Notes: generated by a model from the letters alone, not told the origin. A DNA stretch of 64,000 nucleotides from Ascidiella aspersa (GCA_963924565.1 OZ004614.1:8122001-8186000), one strand, 5' to 3'. Positions 27,652-41,000 are shown, numbered from the stretch's first letter. Numbers and translations are program-made.

Positions 27652-28172
27652 GTTCTGCCCGTCGGTTGTTTTTTATTGTTATTTACCTGCCCTGACCTGA
27701 TTCGCCGCGAAGGCCGGCACACAACTCGGTATTAACTAGCTAGGAAATTGCCCCGGTTTCTCAGCACCCACTCCGGCTGTTATACTAACCTGTTGTTTTG
27801 TTGTTGTTTTTTCACGTTGAAACATACCTATATATGTATTTTGTAGATAGAGAGAGACCAACGTCTACCGGCGGGTTTAGAAAACTTTAGATTTTTTGTG
27901 GTAAATTTTTAGACCGCGGCGCTGCTAACGTGCAGTTGCCCGCTGAACAAAACGGTAGAGGTTCGACATAAGTACAGGTATATGCGCAACTGTTACAAAA
28001 AAGTGTACTTAGCTTAGTGCGTTTCCCCCGACTCGCGACAATCCCTCGTTTTCCTTTTTGTATTTATTCAAAGAAAGGCCCTGGAGGTCGGCCACCTAGT
28101 GTTGGCCTTTTTATTTCGACTTTGACCGGCAGGTGACGCCATTGACTGTGTGTTCACCAAAGCGCAAATCCC

Positions 28173-28678
28173 TAGGGTGATGTCGGTACGAGTTTGCAAC
28201 ACATTACGCAGTGTCTGAAGCATAAAGTGCCTTGTGCCCCTGCGTGGTATAATTCGACCGTAACTCTTTACTTAGCTAGATTCAAATAGGTATGTACGAT
28301 ACTTGACATTTAATCCCGATAACCGATATTTGAGGCAAATCGTACCGCGATCCGATCCGATACCAAATGACGTCATTACTACGCTTAAAAAAGCAAAAAT
28401 GTGAAGTTGAAACCTTCACAGATAATTCGTTTCAGGTGTTTTCGGTCACAATTTGCTTAAGGGCTACGAAGTTTAGTTATTACGAGTTATTATTAACCTT
28501 TTATGTGTTAATAAGTATGCCTTATTGGGTAAAAAACAAAAAGTAAGGTCGCAAGTCTTGACTAAAATTCGTTTTGAGTAACGGATCGGCAGCGATACCA
28601 CTCTAGTATCGGACGAGTTGCAATACTACCACTTGGTACGGGTATCAATTTCCATCCGATATTATCGGACAAACCTTA
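28173..28678. mobile_element. Degenerate MITE with CCGAT(A/C) subterminal repeats
   Basis: Starts TAGGGTGATGTCGG, ends CGGACAAACCTTA; clustered CCGATCCGATACC / GTATCGG motifs, related to 26819-27072 and ~38500-38620. Confidence 0.4.
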
Positions 28679-30679
28679 TTTCAAAGTACAAACAAAACCG
28701 CGACTGTTAAAGTAAGGCGCTTGTTGCTTCAAAAAGCTCGTGCGAATTTCAACGAAAAAACGCCGCGTTTGAAAACTTAGTTTGACGACGACGACACTGC
28801 TTAGAGAGTGGACATTACCTTTCACCGCTTTGTCATCCATATACGCGCCTTCAGTTCGCCAAATCAGCATCTAGTTTGTACAGCAACTGTTGCGGTCCCG
28901 ACACCCTGTTTTTCATGCTGTGGCAATCCGGGCCGTTCGCGGCCTTTTGTTGGACCCGGCTCGTTTATCTGTTTTTTTTCGGCCTGTTTTTACCTGCTCA
29001 GTCCGCCCATTGCGCGGAATTAACCGTTTTTGTGTCGCCGTTTTATTTTGGCGGCTTTTTCTCGTCTCTTGAGACCCTTTACGCTGTGTTTTGAACTAAC
29101 CGAACATATATTTAACCTATTTCAAGCGCCGTTTTTCGCCAGTTTTGTTGCTCTACGACCGCCGCGTGAACGCAAACCGCACCCTAGGCTCGCTACGGAC
29201 CAACGAGGAATCCCAAAGAACGCGTCAACAGCTATATTTTATTTAAACTGTCATATGCTAACACTTACGGTCAGCGTTGATCCAATTAACCTGTACCATT
29301 AAGGCGTCTTTACCAATTGCCTTGGTGTTATTTGAACCAATCTGGCGTGCTATCGTATCTAGTGACAATTCATCCTTCCGACTAACACAAAAACCCATGG
29401 TTTTTCACAGCCTAAAAACTATGCCTGGCAAAATTGGGAATCCCAAATATTTACGACTGCATAGCGATTGCTGTAGAAATCTTTGCGCCCAGCTATTTAG
29501 CGTTGCTTTGAATAGGCGCCCACCAAAATGCATTGGCTCCTATTGTAAGATCTTAACGTCCCAAAATTATTGTAATATGTTTTCTTGCGAGGGCTCAAAA
29601 AATCACAAATGTTGTAAAACCCATGCATATCAAACACCTTCCGAGAACTTGGCTTTTGCGTTGCCAAAAATCAGCTTTTGAAGTTTAGTCCGGCGTTCAA
29701 CGAAAACGACAGAAGTGAACAAAGCTTTTCCAGTTAAGCGGTAGTTGCCAGTAGTCCTTATTTATTTTGTTGCGATTTCGCTTCGCACCCACGCCCAACC
29801 AACCTTTCGGTGGCCGAATTACCCCCCTGCTCCGCTATGTACCTTACCTCCCCCTCTAATTCTGTACCAACGCGCCAAACTTTGTTGCTTTGCGTCTTTC
29901 GCTTTGCCGCTAATGTTTTGACCTGTCATTGCGTCGGCTAAACTTTGGCTTCTAAATCGACATTTAGTCTCACTTTAAATAATCCGCTTTTATTTTAGGC
30001 CTTTTCAAAAATAGCAGAAGTAGAGTTCCCACCTTCCAGCAATAATGTTTTGTAGAGAAACACAAATTGTCTGTGTCGACTATTGGCAAAAAATATGCGC
30101 CGGGGTAAATAACCATTTAAACATCCAAACAAAAAATCGGAGAACTCATTTATAATTTTTCGGTGTACAAGGGGAGTTTCGACGACGATTTTCACCAAAT
30201 CGAAAGGCTTAAAGTGTCATTAGGGCGAAACAAAACTATAGGCATTAGTTATGACTCAAAAATACAACGATCGTTTGGTCAGTTACCGGTTGTTTTTAAC
30301 GCTTAAAATCTCTGTTGTTTTGTTTGTTTGTTTCGCTTCGCGTAACTTTCTCTCCTTACCAACACATACAGCATATTGTTCGTTTCGTAACAACTTTGTC
30401 CTTACCCGTGTCATTATCGCGCGGCTACACTCGTGTTTTTTACATATATTTTATACCTTTTAGCGCTCGCTCGCCCGCTCGCTCGCTTGCTCGTATTAAG
30501 CACAACAAATTGCATTTTTCGCTTACGCTCGTGTGACCCGCTACCGCCACCCGGCGGCAATTCGTTTTGTCATAGTTTCGTGGTCGACCCGTCTGGCGCC
30601 ACCATGCGGTACCGCGCTCGCTCGCCCTATTTGCAAAAAAAAGCGGCTGGATTTCGTGTTTTTCTTCGCCCAGTGTGAT

Positions 30680-30726
30680 AATAAACCGCATCTCCCACGA
30701 GATCTGCAGCTTGTGATTTTTTTGTG
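30680..30726 (+). terminator. Candidate FREM2 polyadenylation signal with downstream GU/U-rich element
   Basis: AATAAA at 30680-30685 followed by TTGTGATTTTTTTGTG at ~30711-30726; implies a ~3-kb 3' UTR. Confidence 0.4.
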
Positions 30727-31099
30727 AAATATTAGGGCATTAAAATCTTAAGAAATCGACTAGTCAGAAATTGAAGTCACCATTTTAGCCCTAAGGTTAA
30801 AATAGTGTATTTATATTCCGAAGATTTTTGCATGATAAGAAACATACCATTGTTGTGGTGTTCAATATTGCTTTTCAAAACGACCAAACTTCAAATTATA
30901 AACAGCTTTAGGCATTTTTAGCAAAACGAAAAAATTTGAGCTGCCATTTATAAACTAAACAAACTGTTACTGGAGAATGAGCTACAGATTAAAGATATGG
31001 GTTTATACTTCTCAAAAAGACAAAGGATTACGACACGTTCTTAAATACACAAAGATTGTCTATGTGTCTATAAAAAGTTTAGAACGGTATAAAGTAAAT

Positions 31100-31533
31100 A
31101 ACTTGATTTAATTTACTGTGTTCAAATTCCTTGACTTGACTTGAGTCTTTTGGACAGATTACTTGACTTGGACTTGAGTCATTGTATCAAATAACTTAGT
31201 GTTTTTATGGAACTGTTTTCTTAAGATTGGTTTATTTATCTCGATTTTGCGCGTAAAACAATTTGCCTGCTACAGTTTGCTTATTGGGTAATATTTTTCA
31301 TTTCGATATCATTGACGAGTTTAACTTTAAGTTCAATAGTTTACCGTTCTGATGTTATATCAATGACTTAAACTTGGAATTGTCTTGCTCCAGCAATAAC
31401 TTGACCAGGACTTGACTTGAGCAATCGGTGATTTGGACTGGTATTTTTTCTGCTAAAGACTTGGACTTAAGTTATTTTGCAAAGGTCTTGACTGGGACTC
31501 AAGTCATTTCAAAATGATTTATCTACCACTCTG
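31100..31533 (+). mobile_element. GACTTG-repeat MITE family copy (degenerate)
   Basis: Clusters of GACTTGACTTGAGTC / GGACTTAAGT and the family 3' end AAGTCATTTCAAAATGA...CTG shared with 34796-35262. Confidence 0.65.
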
Positions 31534-32002
31534 ATCCTAACCATGCCTTACTTGCACGCGAGTTTTCATTAGGCCGACTAATTCCCGGTAACAGCTTTTC
31601 CGTAGGTTTCTCTACGACCTGAGTGCAAGTTTAAAAAGAGAATTAAGGCAACACAAAGTTAAACTTAACTTTGCATGTTCAGAACACTGTCATCTAATAT
31701 TAATATTACTCAAACGAAGACATATATACAGAACACTAGCTTAACTCACCAAGGTATTGCTTCGCCTATTGACAAGTTACCATGGAAATATGAAGACCTA
31801 ACCAATTACAATTTCGCACATTTGTAAACCATCACTGATTCCAAATATAATGACTTAGTCGGTTTATATCATTTAAATACACAAGATATAACCCATAAAG
31901 CGCTAAAATAGGCCAGAAAAGAGTCAAACTTGGACAATCGTGTTTTAAGGATATAATTTGAACTTTGGCGTACAAGGCAAACAACAATCAATCATCTATA
32001 AG

Positions 32003-35000
32003 TCAACAAGGGTCATTTTTGTCGGTATGATTGCAGCTGGACGAGTTTTTCTCGCTTTTTAATCGTGACGTCTCCGACCTGATGACATCAGCAAGTCGAC
32101 GGAGTCCCTGCGAATAACAAACACAAAAAACGGTTCGTAGCGATATTTTGACGAACGATTCAAACTGTTTTAATTTCTCGTTTAACGTAACACATTAAGC
32201 AGTTTAAGTAAACTTGGAAAAAAATGTTTTGCCAGGTGGTCGAAGTCTTAAAGCCGCCGTCACCATTCTGTCTCGAATAATGCGTTTCAAATGGTATGAT
32301 TCTTTATTTTTTATGGATTTTATGTAATGGTAAACTTTTTTTTATTTTATGTGATGAAGAACTTAATTAACCTAAACAAATACTTTGTGATCATTTTATA
32401 TCGACTTTGGATAACCCTATTATATATCAGCATATAGCCTATAATAGGTTTCTGTTTTGCCTGGATTTCCTTGTACGATATAATAATGAATTGAAAATAA
32501 ACACTGTAAAACCGGCGGAAGTAATCGAGTAGTTTACCCCGACAGTCTAAATCAGTAGTCACCGAATTTTTTTCATAAACGGCCGGATCACTCAAAGACC
32601 TGGACATTGCGGGGCAGACAACAGTAAGGCTGGACGAACGAGGGCCAGATAGGCCTATACAATTTTGTGTCAATTGTACAGTGTTACAATGAAACATGAA
32701 CACACATGTGTGTTTACAACTGAAATCTAGCCCTTCTGAAGGATATGTAAGCCGTAATCGTTGGTCAAAAAGCAGCTTCAGAAGGGCTAGATTTCAGTTG
32801 TAAACACACATGTGTGTTCATGTTTCATTGCATATGATATGGTACTGTGAATCCCCTTCAATTGAAGTTGCTTGTACTAACACATTGAGCAAGCATTGGC
32901 GTATGGTTGTTTCTCGACTCGTTCCCTTCTGAGCCTGCATAGCTCAGTTGGTAGAGCGACGGTCCCGGCTTGACCGGAGGTTCGTGAGTTCGAACCTCAC
33001 TGCAGGCTAGTTGTTTTTCTAGTCTGCCCTGCTTGCATCATTGATCGACAGATTCGGTTAGAGTCTGCAATGGCTTTCGGTTGTACAGTGTTAACTTGAT
33101 TATCGTTAAACGAATGAAATATAAAATATTATGCAACAAGAACTGTAGTTAGCCGTAATAAATTGTCGATCAAGTCAACAAAGTTCTCGCAAATTTAGTT
33201 TAGGATTGTATCCTACAATATTTCAACTGTACCTTATCTTAATAAAGGAAATATGCTGCAGGCGGGTAGAATTACTTCAGGGGCAGGATATGGCTCACGG
33301 GCCCTAGTTTGGTGACCCCTGTTTTTATGCACCGTTCTTTTTTTCGTCTTTATTTTTCTAAAGTATTGTATTCTTTTTTTTAACTAAAAGAAAGTAAGAG
33401 TAAAGTAAAGGGTAAGAGGGTAGTGGCTCCTTCTTCCCATTGGCCAAAAAGGAGGCCGGGAATGCCTGAAGTGCCAGTAATGGTTCAAGCCCAGTCCTCA
33501 GGACAACCATTCCGAAAATGAGATGGTGTCGCCGCTTGGAGGTAGGGCCCGAGTTAAACTGCGCATCGGTAGAAGCTCAACATTTTCGCCTTTTTGGTTA
33601 TAGTGTAGGTAATATTGTAAGTGTCAGTATAAGTAATAATTTTAGTATTTTACTGGCCAGAAAACCCCGGTGTTACCCAGGAAAAAATGCCAGGACACAA
33701 ACCTCACAGTGATCCGGTTAAAGACCCCCCGTCAGGAGGTAATTAAAAGGTTTATTACTCATGGGCGTCGAAGTAAAGTTGTACACAACAACGAAAAGCA
33801 CCCAAAGTTAAATAGGGCGCAGAATGCAATCATCAATCATCATTTCAACGTAAACTCATAATTACTGCGCCTTAGGGACGCTAGTGAAATACCAACGCGA
33901 GCAACGTGTGCATAAGGCGTGCATGCAGCAAGGCAGTAGACTCATATAGTGCAATGGTTCCCAAACTCACATAGTGCAGTGGTTCCCAAGTGAGTGCATG
34001 TTAAGTGGGCCATAGAGATATTCGAAAATATTGCAACTATACATTTTGTAATACTAAAATAGTTCTTCGTATATGTAAAATATCTTGTGAAAACTCTGCG
34101 TGCGAGTTGTTTAACTTTGACACCCTGGAAACTTGGAATAAAAATCCTTATAATATTGGAAAACTTTTGTTAATCAATATGCAATAGTCATTACCAGAGG
34201 TGAAAAAAACGATGGGCCACGATCTGTTTTGTAAAAAAGCATTGGGCCACTGAATAAAAAGTTTGGGAACCACTGATATGGTGTGACAACAAAACACAGG
34301 AGATGAAATTAGTGCAATGGTCGAACTCCATGGCACTAAGAGCATTGATCTAACCTCGTCAAAAGTTTCCTCTTCTCCGATGGAGAATGTCAACCTGAAG
34401 CTTTTGCTCGATTCGCCGTAAAGTGAGAAGACTCGTCCCGGGATGACGAGTACACCCTTCTCGAAGGTTCGCGGCGTGAAGAGAAAAGAGGAGTCGTCGA
34501 GATCTTTCAGCGTGAACCAGACGAACAGACCGCTGTGGGGAGTTTGCCACGTTGCGAGATCTTGTAAGGTCGTAAAAGGTAAACCGCTATCAGATAACTG
34601 TTATGTTTGCCAGTGTCGTAGTGACTATAGTCTATAACGTTATACACTTAAGTCGCTGTTTTTAAATGACTTGACATGACCTAATATGCAAAAGTTCTGG
34701 ACAAGTGACTTGACTTGGACAGTGTTTCTATATTAAATTTTGGGTTAAATTAGCTGCTCGTAAAGTTTGCTGTCTATATTTAACTTAACGGGTACCAGTG
34801 TTGTTATGACTTAAATCAATGACTTGACTTAAGTGCACTTTAGTCACTGTTTTTTAATGACTTGAAGGGACTTAAGTCATTTGGACAAATGACTTAGGTT
34901 AAAATAAATTGTTTTAATTAAGCAATTATTTATAAAATTGCGTTATTTATCCCAATCTTTGCACATAAAACAATTTGCTTGCAATATGTTGCTTTTGTGT

Positions 35001-38000
35001 TATTTTTTTGCTTGAGTTGCTCATACTCGGAAGAGTTTGCCGGTTTTCATAATTTAAAGTTTAATTTTTTTTTACAAGGGCTGGACTTGAAGTTGACTTG
35101 CTCTAACTATGACTTTGACTGGGACTTGACTTGGGCAACCCATGACTTAGACTGGGACTTGACTTGTTATTTATTCAAAAAGACTTGACTTGGACTTAAG
35201 TTATTTTACGAATGACTTGACTGGGACTTAAGTCATTTCAAAATGACTTGTTTACAAGACTGACGGGTACTAAGGACTCGACTTGGTATTTTTCGCAAAT
35301 GACTTGAACTTAAGTTAGTTAATATTTCAACGCCTTAATATTTCGAGAACCTTAGAGGAAAACCCCAAGGCAGCATTGTAAAGAATTAAGATAGGGTTTA
35401 GACTGGCTAAATATTAAGCTAATATCGCCACAATACTTACCACTTAGGTGCTTGCGCGCTGCTTTCTCTGCCATATCCCTTTTCTTCCTGTAGAAACTGC
35501 GAATTTCGTCAATGTGCCGCCAAAACCCGTCCAGGCCCCAGTTGTTCAGCAGCATGCCAAGGAATGCCTTCGAAAATACAGGTTCAAAACGTTTACATAA
35601 AATCACGGTTGAAGTCGTATGCACAAATCAGATGCAGTAGATTCATCGAAACCGTTCTTGGGTTTTATTTATACTGGTCTTATCGCTTATATAGACTGTA
35701 AAACTTAGATGATATAGTTCAGGGGTTCTCAACGGTGACCTTAAACCCCTATAGTAGACTACAGAGCAATGTGCGGGGACATTGAGCATGTAATATTTTG
35801 TTTATTTGTTAGTCAAACTAAAATTTGTGTTTTTAAATATGATTTCGGAGACATCCCTTGTAACGTTTTGTGAGTTTTTCACCAAAAGGGGGCAAAATAT
35901 AGTAAGAGTCTATGGAATGGGGGGCACGTATAATGAAAGGTTGGGGACCACTGGTATATATATAGACAAAGCTAAGGTTCGGGTATGACCAAGGTCGTGA
36001 GTTCGAATCTCACCGCTTTCAGCTGTGGGTCTCTGCCTTTCTTGCCTGTCGTGTTTTTAAATCGAATGGTTTCGGTGAGCTGCAAACTGTATATTTGTTT
36101 AACTTTGCTACGACGTTTGCAAATTTCACTGTCTTTAAAAACGTAAATCTTCAAGTTGTATTTGAAACGGGTGCAGCAACATTTCTCGCCATTAAACAAA
36201 TAGAAAATGCCTTCTCATGCAAAGTCCATACCTGCTCCATGTGTCCAGTGCCGAGAATGGTGTTGGTCAGTATTGTCCAGAGACGTTTGATGATACCCTG
36301 ATGACCGGAGATCCAACCACATCTCATTCCGGCTGCAATGATCTGCGAAATTTCACAAGCCTTTTATGCGCAGTACCGAAATATTATGTAAAGCAAATCA
36401 GAAAAAAATATCGCTGTAACTTTGTGATATATTTACTGTGATCATCATTTCGTCATTGCATTGTGAATGATTGCAAAATAACAAATGTTCTTGCTTGCAA
36501 AATAACAAATGTTCTTGCAATGTATAAGACTTGAATACTTTAATTAAGGCATGTTACGCGGACAATACAAATGAACAAATCAAAATAAATCTGTTAACCT
36601 TAAATATATATTTTTTTATCCGCTTTTTTAACACTACAGGCTCTACTTTGTGCACAGCAAGTTGTATATTACAAGAAAATTTAGCAATTTCGTTGTTGGT
36701 ATTAGGTAACTTGTAAAAAGAACATTATTTAAGTGAAATGAGAGATGGTTCGCAAAACATAACTTTCTTTCTATATTGCTCTTAGCGCCATATTGCGCAA
36801 ACGTATTTAGGCTAACAGTTAACAACTTTAATTGAAGCACAATCACAATGATGAGTGGACTTACTATTGGAAAACGCAATTTCCAGAAATGTATAGCAAA
36901 CTCTGAGTTTTCATGCCGAGCAAATAAATTATAAAACCTCCTAAGGTAGTGCTTCTTAAACTTTTTTAATTTTGTTCATCCCTAGCATATATCTCCACAT
37001 TGTATTCATCCTTCTTCATCACGATATGATAAAACTATCTCGTCTATATATAACAGCACAAAATGATTTGGGTTGTTTCGATTTTTGTTAAGATAACTCA
37101 AACTAAGTTTTCTTATTGTAAATCTATAATTTCTCTCCAGAGATATAAAGCTACAAAAGCACAAAACACAGTCACCAAAAAACACCAACAAATAACAGTT
37201 TAATAGTCGATTAACTGCAGAGCTATCATCCATTTCTGACGGTTCACCCTTATCCTCTTTTGGTTGGTTCACCCCTGCAAAAAAATCATTCACACTGGGG
37301 TGAACCATTCACCTGTTTAAGAAACACTGTCCTAAGGTACGCATATAAAATCAAATCTTACTTTTGACGCAGAGTCGATTCTCACAACTCGTCCGTCTTC
37401 ATCAATCGACTGGTAACTTGGCGTCAATTTCTAAATTATCCGGTTGTTTGATTAACACTAAAAGCAATTTCGAGTTAAAAGTTCCTTCGCCTTTAAGTCC
37501 TCTGTGTTATTGAATTGCTATAGTCTAGTCCTAGTCGATTTATATACGTCGCAAAACCATAGTCAAAATACAATGTGTTACTAGGCAAATTTTTATAATA
37601 GGTTTGCATTTGTGATATCCTAAAAAGCGGCAAACTTCGTTTAAAATATATAATCTGTTGCTACCGGGAGAATTTTAAATAGAAATATCTCCTCTGACAA
37701 TAATAATAGGTATTCGGTGATCTAAGTGGCCTTTTTCTGGGTGAATGATACCCAACACTCTTAAAACCATGTATTACGAAAATTCGCCAAAACTATTTCA
37801 GGACACCATTAAGTAGAAACAAAATTTATACCACTATAGAATTAGTTTGTATAATAAATTTGGACGTATTTCCTTAGTGCACGCAACGTCAGAGATCATA
37901 CTAGTAATGTGCTTTAACTTGCTAACTTCGTTATCCGACATAATCAGATTAAAAGGTTGGTAAAATGTGTTCTTCGTTGGTCGTTTGTGAGAAAGGTTTG

Positions 38001-41000
38001 GCTTTTATTAGGGCAAACAAATTTAACTCTCAATGGCAAACTTACGTCGTTGTATTGCAGGAAGTGATAAGGGTCGTCCTCCACAATTAACATGTCATAC
38101 TTTTGTGCAACCTAACAAAATTCGTAAATTTGCATATTAGTTTATTTATTTAACTTGAGCGTTTCCTATTTAACAAATAAATGTGTCTGTACAAGCGATC
38201 GAGTCAAGAAACAATTACGACTGCTCAATACTTCGTATTGTGTCCCCATGCCGATACCAGATATTTTAGGCAGTGTCAAATGACGTCATTTGTAAGTACA
38301 AACAAGCAAACAATATTAATAAAATTGAACTTGCCAACCTACTGTTTGCTACTGTTAGTAGTTGAGCCAATATTTGTTTCGGCGCTGAAAAATGCGGTTA
38401 ACTTTGGTTGTCGATGTGCCATTTTTTTAGAAAATTAGGCTACTTTTAAAGGGAAAAACCCTTAGTTATAGGTTGCAAACCATAGCTAAAATGTACAAAT
38501 TAATTTGGGATCGGGTCATACAGATACCAACTCAGTATTGACCTAGTACAGATACTAGGCTATTTACTATATTACTTGACATCGGTTCGGCTCCGATTGA
38601 TTATTATTATCAGACATCCCAAATTGAGAAATTTAAGGCGGTAATTTTTACCTTATCAGATATCACTTTAAAAGCGAGGTTTATTTCCAACCCCTACTAC
38701 AACCGACCTGATAGATTTCCCGCTTCCGCTCCAACAGAGTACTGCATCCGAGCGGGTTATGCCCAGTTGGAACCGTGTATATCATCTTCGGAACTTCGCC
38801 CTTCGCCTTCCTGTACGCTTCAATCTGCTGCGCGAGGTCAATTGGTTTTATTCCCTGCTCGTCGCACTGAACCCCGATCTTCTGGCATCCGGTGAAATTT
38901 AACTAAAAGTTCACGGGTGTAACGCTTAAGTATGGAATGTCCTGTGAACCAGAACTAGGCTGGTCAACAAGTAATTTTGAAATGACTCAAGTCCAATTCA
39001 AGTCATTTGTCCGAAAGAATTAAGTCAAATCAAGTTATTTCGGTCAAACGACTTAAGTCAAAGTCAAGTCAAAAAAATAGTGACTCAACTGCGCTTAAGT
39101 CAAGTCATTAGCTTAAGTCATTACAAAACTGACCAGAACCGTCTGGTTAAAGCAGTGGTTCCCAACCGGGTCTGCACCCTGGGATGCTACTTATTAGGCT
39201 CCAGGGTGCCAAGAAATATTTGGGAGTAATCAAAAATCTGATTTTTTTCTCAATTGGTAAGCCTCTTATAACTCGTTGCACGATTGGAGGGTAATAAATT
39301 AAATTATATTTTCCCACATTGTGTAGAGTTGTGTGTTGTTCTAGTCTCGTTTATTGTTACATTATATTAAAGTACGAATATTCTGGTATAGTGGTACCGC
39401 AATCTATTTGTTATAGTCGAGGGGTTTTGGAATCCAGAAAAGGTTGGGAACCACTTAGCGGCAAGTTAGATCCATCCATTGTTTCTAAAACTGGGTTTCG
39501 CGGACCACGTGGTTAATCTGTAAGTAAGTTTTAACGGTATCTGCGTAACAGCGTTAAAAACCATCGACTGAAAATATATTTTAGCCACAGCACATCATTG
39601 TCACTGATTGATTTTAACTATAATAAATCCTTTTAACCATATTTACAGATAGTATTATATATAAGTGATGATTTAAAAGTTTCAGTAATTATCCTGCCGT
39701 GTTTTGCAACTTGAGTGTTTCAAAGTTGATTGGACCGCCATTGTTCTATTCCGAATGCCGGCGCGTATACATGACATTTTACTGAACTGAACTTTGCCTA
39801 TAGAAGTACACTGGAGAAATAAATCCTTTGATTGGCCAATATTTTTCAATGAAAATAACTGAAAAAAAGATGTGCTGTTGATTTTCGATGTTGTACAGTG
39901 TATTAGCTCTCTACTGTCACTTAGCTGTCGCTTTGTTCAACTCTTTAGCTCCTCCAGTGGTTTAGTTACATAACATAACTATTGATGTAATACTCGCCTA
40001 TATTTACCTAAATACCATTTTTTATCCAAAAGCAGTCGCATTATATGACCATTGGTTTAATTTGACGAATGTGGTGAATGACAAAGTCACCGCCATTTAG
40101 CATCCATGCGTGGTATTTTTAACGTAGTGTGTGTAATATGCAGTAAGAAAATGCTACGTCTCACAACACGATGACAAGTCACGACACAGACGCTCCCTAA
40201 TGACAATCGAAAACGCGACCGTAAAAATACACGACCTATTGCTCTACGTAACGAGTGGTATTATCGCAAGTTATCCTTAAGAAGACCAATGCTTTTACGG
40301 CAACAGTCAAATTTAAACGAATTTGCAAGATATTTTTTGTTTAAAGAGTAATTTGCAAGATATGTTTGTTTAAAGTGACATTTTAATGTTTTAGCTATCC
40401 TTTTGTATTGCCAGTCTTCTTTTGGTGGCCTTAAAGCGGTTGCGTACCTCTTGAAAGTTCTTTATCTGAGTTTTTTTGCAGCAAGAACCTATAATATAAA
40501 TATACCTCGAACATTTGTAAAATGTCAATCATTAAGTAATCATGCTGGTAATCGGAAACCTATTACGGACTTTCTGAAAATACTCCTTCGGGTGCACAGC
40601 AGAGTTGGATTAATTACATTAATTCTGGTAAATTGCAATTACTTTACAATTACAATTACAATTACAATTACGTTAAAACTGTAATTAATTACATCAATTA
40701 CAATTACAAATTCTATTGCCGCTGAAATATGGCAAACCGTTTATGTCGCATTGCTTCCCTAAGAAAATAAACAACGTGGAACAATATTAAAACTTCAAAT
40801 TTCTCAATATCAATGTATTGAGCTAAAATTTCAGTAAATTATAATTACAATTAGAATTACACAGAATGAAACTGCTTTAATTACATAACAATTACATTAA
40901 AAACTGTAATTAATGACACAAATTACAATTACAAATAATAATTGATCCAACTCTGGTCCACAGACCCCGAAATAACAGGCGAAGGGCTGCTCCACACCAA

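Noticed and set aside
27079-27700. Overlapping alternative-frame and antisense ORFs over the last FREM2 exon (likewise around 52055-52688)
   Set aside because: Expected by-product of GC-rich coding sequence
32742-32790. TAAGCC...TTCAGAAGGG resembles the 3' half of a twister ribozyme
   Set aside because: The loop-4 pseudoknot partner (UCCU/CCCU) and the 5' UAA-P2 strand are missing
32933-33008. Functional tRNA-Ala(GGC) gene
   Set aside because: Non-canonical anticodon loop, extra bases, no G3:U70 alanine identity pair, and it lies inside a TSD-flanked repeat
33388-33560. Possible reverse-oriented retroposon 3' end (AAAGTA-type tail); similar hint at ~62877-63160
   Set aside because: No second copy, TSD or convincing RT remnant in the window to support a call
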